NCBI RefSeq assembly: GCF_009914755.1
Contig: NC_060928.1
Direction: 5' to 3' (one strand)
DNA: 64,000 bases
DNA from: the human T2T-CHM13v2.0 reference genome, Homo sapiens
Shown here: positions 16,417 to 31,420 of the stretch, piece after piece
How positions within the stretch are numbered: position 1 is the first letter of the stretch
Layout of the letters: every line of letters begins with the position of its first letter
Made by a program: the position numbers and the translations under genes
Notes under the pieces: generated by a model
The model's database searches: none
What the model saw: only the letters and a program-made list of their open reading frames with translations
What the model was told of the DNA's origin: nothing

Positions 16417-17385
16417 GAGATAAAATGAGAAATTACATTCCTAGCAACTATTTTAGCTCATTAAGACCTATGTGAATAAATCATTGATATTTTTACATGA
16501 AAGAGACCATACCATAACTTTACTTCACTAGATATTAGGCCAAGTAGCCACTCTTGAAAAAAGAGCAGGCAGGCAACAAAGAGACCAGTATTGCTTACTA
16601 TTGCAGTAATACAGTCATGAGATTATGAGGGCCTATACTTTAGCTGCCAATTAGGAGGACATATTTTAGAGGAGTGAAAAAAGAAACAATAGTTTGAGTG
16701 TCTGATTATAGAAGATAAATATTTTTCCCAGCAGATAATTCCTTTATCTTTGCTAGGCAAGATATCAAGGTCTGTTAATGAATAAGATTAACTAGCATAA
16801 GAGACTTGAGTATAATGACAAAGTTTCTTTTATACCTATTGACTGAAAATGAATTATGGATTTAGCAATTAAGTGTTTGTTGGTAACTTTCAAGATCATT
16901 CAGAAATCAAACTGCAGTTTATAAAGCCCAGAGTTAAGTGATTTTAACAATTTGATACTTGCTGATTGACCTTCTACCAGGTTTTAGATACCATTAACAT
17001 ATAGAGTAAAAGAGATAATCCTTGCCCTCAATAAACTTATAGATCATAAGGAAGAGATACAGACACATAAATGGTGCAATACGTCATATAAAACATTACA
17101 CAATGGTGAAAATGTAGGAAAGAGTAGAGAGCACAAAGTCAGTCTGCAATGGCTTCACAGACTATGGCCAAACCATCTCTAAAAGGAGAAATACAAATTC
17201 ATCTCTAGAATAAGGGGTGGAAGGGAGTTTATTTCCGAAAGTGTGATAGTAGGTTCACAGAACACATAGGTTTATGTAAAAGAGCATGGTGTGTTTTCTT
17301 GAAGATGAAGTTTAAAATGAGGAGTGATGTGATCAAATATCAAACATGTAATTGGAATCTGCTTATCATAGGTATGCAAGAGATA

Positions 17386-17622
17386 GAACAATGAGAACAG
17401 TTGGACACAGGAAGGGGAACATCAAACACCGGGGCCTGTCGTGGGGTGGGGGGAGCGGGGAGGGAATAGCATTAGAAGATATACCTAATGTAAATGATGA
17501 GTTAATGGGTGCAGCACACCAACATGGCACATGTATACATATGTAACAAACCTGCACGTTGTGCACATGTACCCTAGAACTTAAAGTATAATTAAAAATA
17601 TATATATATAAAAATAAAAAAA
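17386..17622 (+). mobile_element. 5'-truncated L1PA (PA3-PA5-like) 3' UTR
   Basis: gaacaatgagaac...gtaaatgatgagttaatgggtgcagcacaccaacatgg...cttaaagtataat plus A-rich tail. Confidence 0.92.
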
Positions 17623-20539
17623 GACAAATGTCTCTACCCTTAAGTAGTTTATAGTTATAAGTGAAGAAAACCTTACATGAAAAAGTAATGAAGAAAGTGA
17701 TAGTACAACAAGCAGTATAGTAGAAGACTACTGTCTTCTAAATTTCCAAAATTATTTAGATAACTGCAGAAAACCAACAAGTATTTCTCAATCTTAACAA
17801 ACCTCACTCATCAAGACTTTAATCCCAAAATGATCCTTTGATTTAGACATGGAGAAAGCTTCGTAGAGTTTATACAAATTGTTAGAATTTGACATCTTCA
17901 GTTTATTTCTCATTAGGCATTGCACAATCTTCAAGAACAGAAACTTAGAAACGTTGTTATATCTTTGGAAGATATTTAGCAATTTATATATTACATTTGA
18001 AAAGAATGGGATCTCGATGAGGTAAGATACTTTTAGTTTAAAAAGCATCTTTTTTTTTTCCAAAAACACTTAGCTAAAGGACACTATTGTCCATTACGTT
18101 TGCAAAAGAGATATTTCAGAACCACGTTCAAATATAGGAAAGAAGAAATCTTTTTTAAAGAATGTAGAATAAGCATTTATAAGGAATAAATGTTCAAATT
18201 GATCTGCAGTAAAGTTAAAGTGATATTAGTTTTGCATCAGTCATCTATATTAATGTTGAAAAATCAAAGAGAAAATAGGAGATTTTGTTATTGTTGCTTA
18301 AGCAACCATAAGCATTCTGGTTATTTAAGTCACTGTTTCTTGTACATACTTTCTGAGAGTAACTTGAAAGTTTTTACAAGGTGCATAAGTGATCATTTAA
18401 ATGTATTCAAGTAATAATCATGTAGATGATAACCTCATGGCCTGGAAGAGATTATGGCAACCTTGTGTATGCTTCAGGACATTTGTGATCATGGCAAGGT
18501 ATCATTAGTGTCCTGGACATTTAAAATATGCAGTGTATATCCTAAAGATTCACATTGGAAGCTTTCTGGGCATTGATTATGTTATGGCTTTAGGACACTC
18601 AGAAAAGATTTTAATTAAATAAATGCTAATGAAGATTGAGAGAAAATAGCTCATAATTTAAGCTAGTGCACTCCCTTATAGTTATCAAGAAACTGTTTCT
18701 TGCATCTAGCTCCCTGTGTTATATTTTTGTGTAGGCCATGAAGATAGATGAACAGTGATATTTCTGGGATGCTGCTGCTCATAAGGCACTATACGCAAGC
18801 TGGAGAAAATCTGGCAGAGTGCAGAATCGACTATGTCTAATTCTGTTTCATGTATATAGATATCTCATAATTCAAAGGTTCTACAGGCAACCCCGCAGAT
18901 AGACAGTAAACTCTTGCCTTTTGTCTAGTTGGCCTTGGTCTATGTTCCCTCTTTATCTTTTGTCTTCATCTCTCTTTTTGCTCCTAATACTGCTTTGGCT
19001 TCCTGGTACATCTGCTCATGTGGTATCTGCCTAGTTTCCCTCAGTTTTATGGTTTTACTCCTTTGTATTATGACAGCTTAATATTTCTATATATGTATCT
19101 ATGTATGTATTAATTTATTTTTGAGACCAAAATAACTTTGCTTTCATCCAGTTAACAAAGGAGCTTTAGATATTATAGAAGTTTTTCACATTCCCTTTTA
19201 TAGTAAAGAAAGAAATATTGCCATGAAACAGAAGACAAACAACAGGGGACATTTAAATGTTTGGGAAAAATATGGGGGTAATAATTCAAATATAAATACA
19301 GGCTTAAAACTTACTTTTATTAACCTCACTTTGCCCTTGGCATCTTGTACTTTGAACTGGGGCCTGTCCAGCATCTTTCTCATTTCCCACTCCAGCGTTA
19401 CAGACCAAAATACCATTCTGTAAATGATTTCTGCCTACCAATTGATAATACGAAACTTTATTCTCTCACACTTACTTTTCCCACTGTGTGTGTGTTTATA
19501 AACATTCTGAAGAAATGAAGATCATTAAAATGAACTGTATGCCATGAGTAGTTATTTTCTAAGCCAAGTATTTATGGGGGCTGTATAATGTTCTAATGTT
19601 TAAAATACAGTATGATAGCAGTAAAATCAATAATTGAGTTGAGTGGGATTAATCCCCCAAAGTCTTTAAAAAAATGTTATAATTGATAAGAATGTCAACC
19701 AAAGATAGAAACACTTGTAGAATGCTTGGAAGTCTCCTAGAATATAAGGTCATTAATAGAAAATGAACTGAATATTTGTTGTGTATTTGAATCCAGGTAA
19801 TAAACATTTATTTTCAGGAACTTTATATCCATAAATCACATCTTCCTATAACCATGAAATGCTCTTCTAGTGTTTTCAGTTTCTCACCTGCTCCTCTTTC
19901 CCTCATGATATTACATTTTTTGCACATTTAAGCCATGACCAGTGATGACCAATAACAATCTCTGTCGGTCGTTCTTCAGGCATCTGGCATCTAGCTTTTG
20001 GAATAAAAATGCCAGGATTCCCCCACTGAATTTCTTTTAAAGTTCACATTCTTCTTTTACCTAAAGGGCAATGTAGAGAAAAATAGTGTAAGATTTCAAG
20101 ATAAAAGTGAAAGCTGAAGGAATTTCAACAGAGAAGATTCTCATAACCATCTTAGCCACCTTGTTGTATGTATATAAAAAGTTTAGAAAGTTTACAGAAA
20201 CAAATTTAATTACATTTCAAATTCTTTTTAGTATCTGAAAGAATATTCTCATATATTATTCTGTACTCGTATTTTAATCAGAGTAGTTTTCAGTCAACAA
20301 TCCACTGATCCTCTTTTCTCTTCCTGTAAGGAAACACTTCCCCATCTTGCCAACTCTACCTTGTATTGGCAAGTGTTATTTCTAAATCAGATTCTTTTTG
20401 AATGCACTAAGCAACCATTTTCATACTAAGTTGCCATTTAGCTTTGCTTTTATGCCTTATGTCTTGTATGGAAGCTATTAAAATTTAGTTGACTTCATAA
20501 GAAATATATGCCCATACTGATACAAATAAATGAATAATA

Positions 20540-21150
20540 AACAGGAAAGAAGAGACACATTTCCCAAGCAGAAGAATCCCAAATAATTTATGTGGCTACT
20601 CCTATCTCAAAGAAAAGGGGCACTTGACATCAGCCATGTAATCAATGTGGACATTAGTAGTAATAAATCATGTTGATAGTATGGACACTTAGTATGATAA
20701 TGTGATGTGATGAAAATGGCACATCTCTTATGTGGTCTTCCTTCTAATAACCCATAACTCCAGTCCTGTCATGAGAAAAATACCAGATTAATACCAAAAT
20801 GAAACATCCTACAAAACAGCTAACCAGTACTCCTCAAAACTGACAAGGTTATAAAAAAATAAGGAATGTGTGGGAAACTGCCACATCCAAGAGGAGCATA
20901 AAGAGATATTCCAGCTAAATGGAGTATGGTAGCCTGGTTGGAATTCTGGCACAGAAAAAAGACATTAAGTAAAAGCTATGGAGACCAAAATAAACTGTGA
21001 ACTTTAGTTAACAATAATGTGTCAATATTGGTTCATCAATTATAACAAATGTATTATACTGATATAAGATGTTAATAATAGCAGAAACTGACTATAGGAT
21101 ATATGGGATTTTTCTACTGTCCTCTTGATTTTTCTATAAATCTAAACTAA
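20540..21150 (+). mobile_element. Old L1MC-type 3' region
   Basis: tactcctcaaaactgacaagg...actttagttaacaataatgtgtcaatattggttcat...tttctataaatctaaa. Confidence 0.75.
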
Positions 21151-24100
21151 ATATTTAGTTGCTGATGTACTGTTATATTTGGACTGCAGTGCCATTATAC
21201 CATCCTTTTTTTTACTGTATTCTTACAAGAAACTGGCATTGCTGGCAATAATTCACTTAATCTCTCCACACATATATACACATACCTCAAAAATCAGAAT
21301 TATTGTACTTATCATAGAATTGTGAATAAATTTAATCAGTTCAAAATGATATTTAACAACATTAGTCCAGTGTTCCTGGAAGCAAGCATTCACTTCTTCC
21401 CACATGGCCAAATCTTTGTTCATTTTCTCTAGATGGCTAGAGAAACTATCTCTTCCATTGATTCCTAACACCAAGCACATGTTACAGTTGACCCCAGGTA
21501 GATGAATACTCTAATTTCTCCCCTAGGTCACTCTGATGACTTAAAAAACAAACAAACAAAAAAAAAAAACACTCATCTAAGGAAAAAAATAAGACTCTGA
21601 GACCTAAGATTGTTTTCTAAGCCAGTTCAAAGGTGAAGTTCTGGGTGTTGAAGGCTCCAGGGAGAGAAATGGAGTATATTTTTGGAAACTGGAAATTAAA
21701 ATCACAAAGTATATTGATGGCCCATAGGCTAACAGGTCAAACAGTGTGGGTTTTCCAGTAAAGGGTCTTTGCTGAATATGTTAGTTGCCCCACTCAGGAT
21801 GACGGTGCCCCTGTTGTCATTTTTAGTAAGTCACGTGTGCCCCACTGTCAGCTGGCTAGCAGCTCATGTCAGATTTCAGCATCTGGGTGCCAGCCAGTCT
21901 CTATTGTTCTGAATTTTTGGCGCATACAGGAAGCACTCATTGTCATTTCATGAGGAGGAGTGCAGTTTTTATCCTTTCTCTGGTTTTCAGCTCTTTTCTG
22001 CTTTATAGCATACCTATGCCTTTCTAATTTCTTTAGTTTTCCCTCCGTTTTTCAGTGAGGGTCCTAGTCTGCCTGGAGAGTCAGGTACCTGATTCTCTTC
22101 TCAGGATACCTTCTCAGGTATCTGGTTCCCTCTCTGTGGGACTTCTGAACAAACTTCCGTCTGTGGCAAATCACTGACTTCTGAAAATCACAGTTATTTG
22201 ACCTAATGCTTAAAAGTGAATGAGGAACTTTTCCCTTTTCAAAAATGCTTCCTTCGCCCCAAACCCCCATAAAAATTATTTGTGTGAAAGTAAAGCTGCA
22301 GAAAATGTTCCTGTCCACTTATTATAAAATTTTCATCTGGATAGGTACATAGGATAAAGGAGATACAAATTACAGCAAGATAGGCTAGGGAAGAGAAAGC
22401 AAATCCCTAATTTTTTTCTTAATGGAGACTTAGACTCTATACTTTTTGTTAAAGGGAAAGACAGTAGTTGTAAGTTTTATGGTCCAGGCAGCCTTGACAT
22501 TTCCTTTTCCGGAGCATGATTTTATCTGAATATAGTTAAGAATGTAATAGGAAGAAGGTTTCAATTCACTAGGACCTAGTATGGCAAGGAAAACACAGAG
22601 TTATTGAGACAAATGTTAAATATGGCCCCTGGGTTTATTAAAAGGCTTTGATTTCCTTGGTGGCCTCTGCTTCAGAGCAAGCTCTAGCATTCTAAAGTAG
22701 AATTCATCTGGGTGAATATGTCCATATTAGAAGGACAAGTTAAACAGAATAACATCTCTAATAATACTAAATTATTAAAGCAATAAAATAATGGGAATTA
22801 AGGGCTCCACAAAGCATTATAGAATGATATGTTTCTTCAGATTCTGCACTCTTTTATTATAGCATGTAAATTATTATTCTGTTTTAAAATAAGTTATGAA
22901 TTTCAAAATAATACATTAACAGTATGGTTTTGCCACCTAACAGCATTCTCATTTATTTATGTAACAAATAAAAATGCAAGACCCTCATAAACATAATTAA
23001 ATATCAAATTTTCTAGGATATGTGCACGCAGATTCAGTTATGTCCAAAATAATGAAACATTATAATTTTTATGTATTCACTTTTGACTCTCTGTTTTCTT
23101 TGTTCTTTTACTAATTACAATTCAAAATATTATTTCATTGATTTGAACTTCATTAGTTTAAACTTAACAAATGTGAGTCTGAAATTATCCCCCCCCCAAA
23201 AAAATTAATGCATTAACACAAACTTTAGGCCACAATTTTTGTCCAAAGGGAAAAGTTTCCAGCAGAATAAAATAATTAAATATATATTTATTGCTATTTT
23301 AAGAAAACAGTGTTTTTTTGGAAGTATATCAAGGGAACCCAGGGAAATGAAAAATATTTGTTACTTATAAATGGTATAATTAAAAATATTTTTCTTCCAA
23401 TTTTTTTTGCTCACTAATATAAATATATGTGATTATCATAGTTATTTTACATTTTCTTAGCAAATAATGCTACACATAACCAAAGGTAGTATTTCAAAAT
23501 GCTACAGTCTTACTCAATAGAGTTCCATGTTTCCAACCCAGAGTTCTTATCTTTCTATTTATGCTCTGTTAATCACTAGTAATTACTGCACTTTCTTTTC
23601 CTATGTTATTATTGGTAGAATAAATTTCTGTGCATTTAAAAAGGCCAAGTACAAGTGACATTTTATATTAAAGAGCATTCTTCCTGAAGGTACAATGCAT
23701 GATTTCAACAAATTATACTGTAGTAAATATTTTTAAGTTGTTTTATCTTAATCCAGTCCTAGAAATATGTGTTTATTGTTTTCTGAAAGCAAAGAGACCA
23801 TTACTGGAAAACAGAAATTGTCTACATGGTCTTAGTAGCTAACAATGTATAGCCCTGCAAATTGCAGAAGTTCAGTTTGGTAGTGGCATCTTCATTTAAT
23901 ATTGTTGCAATAGCCAGTCAACCATTAAATAAAAGTTCCTGAAATCCTGGTATCTCCTCTTATTCTTTTATTTTTAATTAAAGCTGCAGAGAGTCATTGA
24001 CTGAAATGTCTTCTATCCTCGTTGCTTTTTTAAAAAAATTTACCTCAGTCTTTTATACTCCTCCTTAATCATGAATGCAAATAAAATTCAAAGTGTAATC

Positions 24101-24186
24101 AGCAGCTGCTGAAAGAGAGCACTGAGCAAACTGGGTTGCCGTGGAAACCATGAAGTCAGTCCTTGACCAGACAAAGAATAATACCT

Positions 24187-24188
<2 letters not shown>

Positions 24189-24225
<37 letters not shown>

Positions 24226-24237
24226 TGTATGTGTGTG
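24189..24237. repeat. (TG)n microsatellite
   Basis: Seen directly. Confidence 0.97.
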
Positions 24238-26000
24238 CACATGCTTACCAACAATTTGCAAAGAACAACTAAAAATGTTTCAAGGTTTATTTTCCCCAAA
24301 CTAAATTGTTCATTTTTAGATATTTACATTACAGATGAATGAATACATTCGACTATTAAATTTGTAAGCAATTGCCTCTCATTTGAGACTGGATAGTCCT
24401 GTCCTAGATGAAGCTACAGGTATGACAAAAGTACTATCAAATTGAACTGAGCACAATAAATATTGAAAGCCTTCCACTGCAAACAAATAAATAATTAACA
24501 CAATTATTTGGTCTATTATAGCTGTCATTATCCTTGCTTTCACTTCTCCAACAGGCGTTGCAGCATTTTAATTGTATTTTCTCCTGGGAAAGAATTATCT
24601 CCTGCTTTAAGCTGCTGGGGGAAAGTATTGTTAAGCTTTTTAAATGCTGAATATAAAGGTCATACCACTGAGGGATTTTCAGCTGTGAGTAAACAAATTC
24701 AGAGGAAATAGTGCTCCACATCACTCTTATTCAACACAAATGTAGTTTTAGACTGACTGCCTCAATGTTTGAGGATCTTAATTTGGCATGTGTAATGACC
24801 ATTGCTAGTAATAGTATGATTGGAGCCCAAAATTATTAAAACTCATTAATAGGCACATATAAAAATAAGGAATCGTTCAATTCTGCAGCTGTAGTTTTAT
24901 TCTACATTGTAAATACCTTGGGGGAGAAACGCATTACTGATTAAGAAGAAATAAAAGCAGTTGCTTTTGCTGGTAGAGACTCTGAATTTAAGTTTGGGAC
25001 ATATGGACAGATCATATACCAAATGCCAAAGCACTGAAAAAGTGTTTCATCTTTCCCTCTGTCCCCCTTTGCCAAGAGGCAAAGATGGTAGCATTCTTTT
25101 TGCACATGTCACCTCAGACCTAGACAATGGCTCTTTTTTTGTTTCCTTTTTATCAGATGCTCTCTTCATCAAGTGTGCAAGATAGGTCATTGTGATTCCC
25201 TCAACTTTACAGCTGAGAAAAAACATAAGCATTGAAAAGTTCGGTAACTTGTCTGAGATCGCTGAAGAAGCTATTGATGGGGAAGAATTTAGAATTTAAT
25301 TCTGAAAGGAGTATCTTTCCATGGTTTTACATTTTTCCTGACTTAATGAATCTGGAATTATGTGGGGTTGGGAAGAAGATCACTAATTGATTGAAGTTAG
25401 CATATAGAAATACTATTCTTACTGAGCTGTAACCTGAAATGTTTCGTTAAAACTATACATGCTGCCACAACTAACAAAGAGCAAGAGAGAATGTGGTCAG
25501 CAATTTCTTTGCCTTTTTTTCCCGAGTTTTCTTTTGCTTGTTTGTCCAGTTTTTTTTTCTATCTCATTATTTTGTAGGTAGTGTTTTTGCTTTCATATCT
25601 GTACTTTATTGTTATATCAGTCACTTTCCCTGATCTGTCTTGAACAATCATTGCAAATTCATTTTGTTCTAATTTGCTTTACTTGGCAATTACGTTAAAA
25701 ATGGCAAAGTATTATTTTTGTCAGTCTAGAATATAATCAACTTATTTTATCTGAGTTTTTAAACAGATTATGAATATTTCTGGAGCTTTATTGTTTATAT
25801 CACAAGTCAATTTCTTTGGACTTACATCATTATAATAAAATATAAAAATAGTTAAAAACATGAAAAATTACTGTGATGATGGAACTTATATCAGATTGGC
25901 CAAGTTTCTCATCTAAGTACACTTCTACTGTATTCATCACTATCTGCTTCATGGAGAGGGCAGCTGTTTGTAGCACACTTACGCAACTTTAATTGATAGG

Positions 26001-26347
26001 CAGTCATGTATCACTTAATGATGGGATATGTTCTGAGACGTGCATCTTTAGGTGATTTTGTAGTTGTAGGAACAGTATAAAGTCTATTTACACAAACCTA
26101 CGTGGTATAGCCCATTATTGCCAGGGTTATATGGTGGAGACTATTATTCCTAGGCTAAAAACCTATACAGCACATTACTGTGCTGAATACTGAATAATGT
26201 AGGCAATTGTAACACAATGATAAGCACTTGTGTATCTAAACATATCTATATGTAGAAAAGTAAAATACAGTAAAAATACAGTATTACAATGTTACGGGTC
26301 AACCACTATCAGAAATGTCACTGGTTGAGATGTTAGTGGCATGACTG
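26001..26347. mobile_element. Tigger3/Golem-derived non-autonomous DNA transposon
   Basis: Termini cagtcatg...catgactg followed by TA; internal gggatatgttctgaga...acacaaaccta motifs. Confidence 0.8.
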
Positions 26348-26819
26348 TATATGGCAATATACAATGACAATTCTTTTAATATTTAAGTTACTATGATTCT
26401 GAGCCTGATTCTCTGAATTTTAAAAAGTTTACTCTTCTCCTTGGCAGCCCTCATCAGATACTCCAGAGGAACTCCAAGGCAGTTTCTTCATTCCAAAGGG
26501 ATTAGTCTCAGTTTCTATTCTGGAGTGTCCCATCAGTCATCCTAAGCGTTTTATTCTTAATTTTGCAGTTAATCAGTGCTGCATAGGGCCACACAAAATT
26601 TAGGGCTGTCTTAGCAGTGTGGCAAAGAAGTTTATTTACCTTTACTGTTTCCGCTGTCCTAGCAGTGTCTCACATATGTCAGAGGATATAGCATCAGATA
26701 CCATCGGTGGAAGAAATGTACTCCCCTACCAAATTTTTATAGGTAGTGGCACACTCGCCTCCCACTCTACTATTACTGAAGCAAGTTCTACAGCAATAAG
26801 CAATCACAGTAGTCAATAT

Positions 26820-27000
26820 CAATGGTTCTTAAAGCGTTGTCCCAGAGCAGCAGCATCACCTGGAGATTTGTCGAAACTATTAATACCGGGCACCTTCCCA
26901 GATATGTTATGTGAGAAACACTAGTGGTCAACACCAAGAATATGTGTATTACTGAGCCCTTTAGATGATTCTGATGCATGCCAAAGTTTGGGAATGATTT
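26820..27000. mobile_element. MER5A
   Basis: tggttcttaaag...cagcagcatcacctggaga...gatgattctgatgcatgccaaagtttgggaa. Confidence 0.75.
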
Positions 27001-29068
27001 GTCTATGTTGCATTTTTTGAAGTCTTGTTTTGTGATTATTCATAATAAGTGTGTATGTGTATGCATGTGAATTTAAGTGTGTGTTCTCGTGTGCACATGT
27101 TGGTGTTCGTAGGCTGTGGTCACCAACAGTTCTGTCTAGTTTTTTCTGGATACCTACCTTTTCTCTCCTTCGAAGGCACAGACTTATCAAAGTCTCATTG
27201 AATACTGAAGGGAATAAATGAAGACTTAGCTTCCCACTGTGCACTGGCATGCATTTTAAAGAAAAGGTTACTTTTTCTTAGAAAAATTGGTGTTAAGAGT
27301 CATATTTGCATAGCTAAAGAGAACCTCAAGGTGACTTAACCAAAACAAAGATAATGATGACTTGACCTCAAATAACGAAATGCCAGCAATTTAATCTGCT
27401 ATAGCACATTAACTTAATGTGAGTTAGAGAGCTATAGCTGTATAAAAAGGAGTAGAGGAGACTGGATAATACTGGGAAAGGAGCAAAGTCATGGATGCTT
27501 ACACAACAAACACATGGATGCTTACCAAGATCAATTAACAATATGTTATATTCCTTTTTTGTGCCACACTCTGCCCATGTGGATTTCTTTTTGAAGTTTT
27601 GCATCTCAATCTATTCAAAATATCTCATAACTCTTCACTGCCAGATAATTCCACAATTTCATCCTGCAGTATAGGACCTAATTGCTACTACTGTCCAACA
27701 GACCCCCAAGGCAGTGTTAGCCATATATTAAAAGCATTTTTTGTTTGTTTTATGTTATACAGAATAAATTTTTATTAATGGCCTCAAATTGTTACCTGAA
27801 AGAGGCAGATGGCAAACTAAACCATTTTTTCAAAATTCCTCATAGAAATGCTAAATGAAACAAACAAGCAAAGTATGGATTTTTATTAAAACTATGAAAA
27901 AAATTTTAATAACTGAATTATAGCATTCGCAAAAATTAAGATATGTTAAAACAATGGAAATTTGAACTTATTTGTAATTTTATTTTATAGAACTTTTGGT
28001 AGTATTGTTATTGTAATATTGTTTAAAGAAAAAAAAAACTAGCACAGTAGGAAATAAGTTTAAGGGATTATTTTGCCAGTCTTTCTCTGTTAGATTGAAT
28101 AATAAACTTGCCATTCAGGAAAGTCATTGTATATTTGTATACCATTTGTGTCCAGCCTGGTTTATATTTGCTGATTTGTTGACAAATTTGGAGCATGTGG
28201 TAAACTTTTCTATCCCAAGACAAGGACTGCACACTTCAATTTAAATCTCAGATTCAAATAAGTGGCACTCTTTATATTTAAATGTGAGCACATGCTATAC
28301 CAGTTTTATAATGTTACCACCTCTTCCCTGCTTTGGTAGAGTCTCTTCAATATTAGCTGATTTTATCCATTGTTAAGATGGTGTTTTCAAAGAAGATAAA
28401 AATGCATTTTGAATATGGAAATATAATTTTTCACATTCCTTTGAAATCTGGAAGAGAAATGTAGTAAGGAATCAAGTTGATTGAAAAAAAATCAAAAGAA
28501 AATAACAAGTTTAAAAATCCAGGATCATAAGAAGAAAAAAGACATTTAATCTTACAACTAGATATTTTAAAAATAGATAAAACAATGCCTTATTTTCACC
28601 TTCATTCTATCATTTTCAGCCTTTTTTACACACATGGGGACAAGTACTATGTCACTGACTATTATCTAATATTGTGATAATTTTTCTTATCACAATGCCA
28701 AGTTATCATCCACATAGTGAAAAACAGATATAACCTTCTTATGGTTTGATATGTTAATGAGTTTTAATATATACTTTAATCCTTTATTTACATGTAAGAT
28801 GGTAAAGATGCAGTTTCATAGTATCTTTTGTTCCTCTTTTTCAATTATTTCTGCAAAGTAAAGTGTAGGTTTTTTGAACTATACCCAGAAGAGTAGGCTG
28901 GAATCATGAGACCTTACTGCACAAAGTTCCACCCCTCTCTCTGTGGTCTAGCAGTGATGAGGTTGCTAGGTTGACAAAGCAGTGCTGGGTTTTCCACACT
29001 ATTATGTTTCATTCATAGGTTCTTCACTTGCCCACAGAGGTTAAAAACTAACTTTAAAAATGATAATA

Positions 29069-29215
29069 GATATACCTAATGCTAGATGACGAGTTACTGG
29101 GTGCAGTGCACCAGCATGGCACATGTATACATATGTAACTAACCTGCACATTGTGCACATGTACCCTAAAACTTAAAGTATAATTAAACAACAACAACAA
29201 CAACAAAAACATATA
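29069..29215 (+). mobile_element. Very short young L1 (L1PA2-like) 3' end with 13-bp TSD
   Basis: gctagatgacgagtta...actaacctgcacattgtg...ccctaaaacttaaagtataat; TSD aaaaatgataata at 29056-29068 and 29216-29228; ttt|aaaaa endonuclease site. Confidence 0.92.
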
Positions 29216-30807
29216 AAAAATGATAATAAATTGGATAGCCTACCAAATCAAAACTTAGTATTTCTTGTAAGTTTTTTCCTCATGAAGAAAAATATAATAC
29301 ATTTGACTTAAAACAACCTGAAAGCCTTGAATAATTCACTCTAAATTCCAAATTATTTTATTGAACAAATTGATTTCTACTGTTATATTTGTCTCTGGAA
29401 GTAAAAAAACAAAAAGCATAAAGTGTGTTCTTTTGGGTAGCATGATCTTAGGACTTTTATATTTAATTTGCTTACAAATACAAGAATATGTATCCGCTGA
29501 AATTTCTTGCTACTATTTAGCTACAGTCTGTCCTTGTAACTCATTTACAAACTAAACTCCTTTCCAATAGTATTATGAAAGAACCCCCTTTATGCTCCCC
29601 TCATCTCCAAAAGTCACCTTTTGAATTCACACTCTTAGTTTACGACATGCTGCTTTTCTGAATTCTTTGCTGCCTTAATGATGCCATCATCTTCTGAACT
29701 CATTAAGGTCCCACATAGGTTTCTGTGTGTTGCAGTGACATCTTTATCTCTTAGAGCAGTTTGGAAACCTGCAGGGGTGTAGAATTGCTACATATGGACT
29801 GTTATGCAAACTGAGTATATCAAGCCTCACCCAAACTGAAAAGGAAAAGTATTTTGAAACATAAAAGAAACATATGTTCGAGTTATAGATGTTGTTTAAT
29901 GGAGGTCAGATCTGCACATTGATTGTTTTCTATCAGCAGCTTAGAGGTAGCTGACCATGGGGATTTATTTATGAGCTTAAGAGGTCTGGAGGAAGAACCA
30001 CACTGATCATTCACTTGATTATAAAGCTCCTGTTCTCAAAGGAAATAATAGTGATCAGAATCAGCCACTGCGTGATTGAAGTAGGAATATAAATGAAGGA
30101 ACATGGATTTCACTTTAATGCTGCATAGACTAGAAAAAAAAATAAATGAAAGAGTAGCATATCTGAAGATTCCACTAAGCCTGAAACAAGGTCTTCTAAT
30201 GCAATAATCTGAACTTTCTAAGTAAACAATGAGGAGAACCCAGATTCTACCACCCTCAATTTCTAACTACCCTTTTTCAATTATAATTACCTTTTTTATT
30301 TCTAACTTATTGTTCATTAATAAGAGTATTAATTTCCAGTTATATTCGTGCATGATAAATATATGTTTCTCATTGATTTCAAACTATTGGGTAAATTACT
30401 TTTCTAAGGCCAAATACAGTGACAGTGAAGAAAGCACAGAATTTCTTGCCCTCAAGTTTCTCACCTATTGCTTAGCTACTGAATCTTGCTGTGTTTGCAA
30501 TAGTTTTAATTCATGCATTCTACAGGTAAGATAATTAGAATCAGGTCATTCCTTTCTTTTAAATTTTGCCAGATTAAACACAAGTATCTGCCACGAGGAT
30601 CATTATAATAGAAAATTGTTCTGAGTTTAATATTCTGGACAGAATTTTATAAATCCGAAGTAAAAATGTTTTTCAATTTTATAAAATATTGGTAATGAGA
30701 ATAAGCATGCAAATAAAAACAAGAAGGAATTAAAGGACATACAGCTCTATATAATTGAAGAGAAACTTGCGAAGAGACCAAAAGAAACTGGAAAAGTGAC
30801 TGAAGTA

Positions 30808-30822
30808 TGTGAGTGTGTATGT

Positions 30823-30855
<33 letters not shown>
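30808..30855. repeat. (TG)n microsatellite
   Basis: Seen directly. Confidence 0.95.
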
Positions 30856-30858
<3 letters not shown>

Positions 30859-30959
30859 GAAAGACAGAGATTTCTTAGACATCTTAGTATATTTGGTCAA
30901 TGTCAATTACGACTTCCCAATATAGAAATGGGATTACTTATGCTTGACAGGTACATATT

Positions 30960-31420
30960 TCAGTGTCCCTGTTTCAGTTAGTAAAGCTTTTAACAAAAAG
31001 AAACATAATGTGACCTACAGTCACATAAAATGTAAGAGCATGTATTATTTAGAAGAAAAAGTCGAGAGACACTTGGTTCCAGAATTCTTTGAATTTTTTG
31101 TTGTTGTTGTTCATTCCCTGATGGTCACAAAATGGCTGCAGCAGCATCATAACTCACATGCTAACATGACTATGTTTCAAAGCAAGAAGAAGATGAGGGT
31201 GGCCAGGAAAAATAAAAAAGACATAAAGTAAAACATCTCTACGTATGCGTTATTGATTTTATCAGGACTGCTAACCTTGAGGAGGGCTTCCTTAAGTCTC
31301 ATTGACTACAACTGTGTCAATGAACTCCCCTAGCCTCAAACTAGTCTGGGAAGAAGAGTATTTGTTTATTTTAGCCTCAGAAGTGGGAAACGGGCAAGGG
31401 AAAAGAATGGAAGGGGAAAA
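30960..31420. mobile_element. Old MLT1-family LTR
   Basis: atggtcacaaaatggctgcagcagc...tctcattgactacaactgtgtca...cccctagc motifs. Confidence 0.55.
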
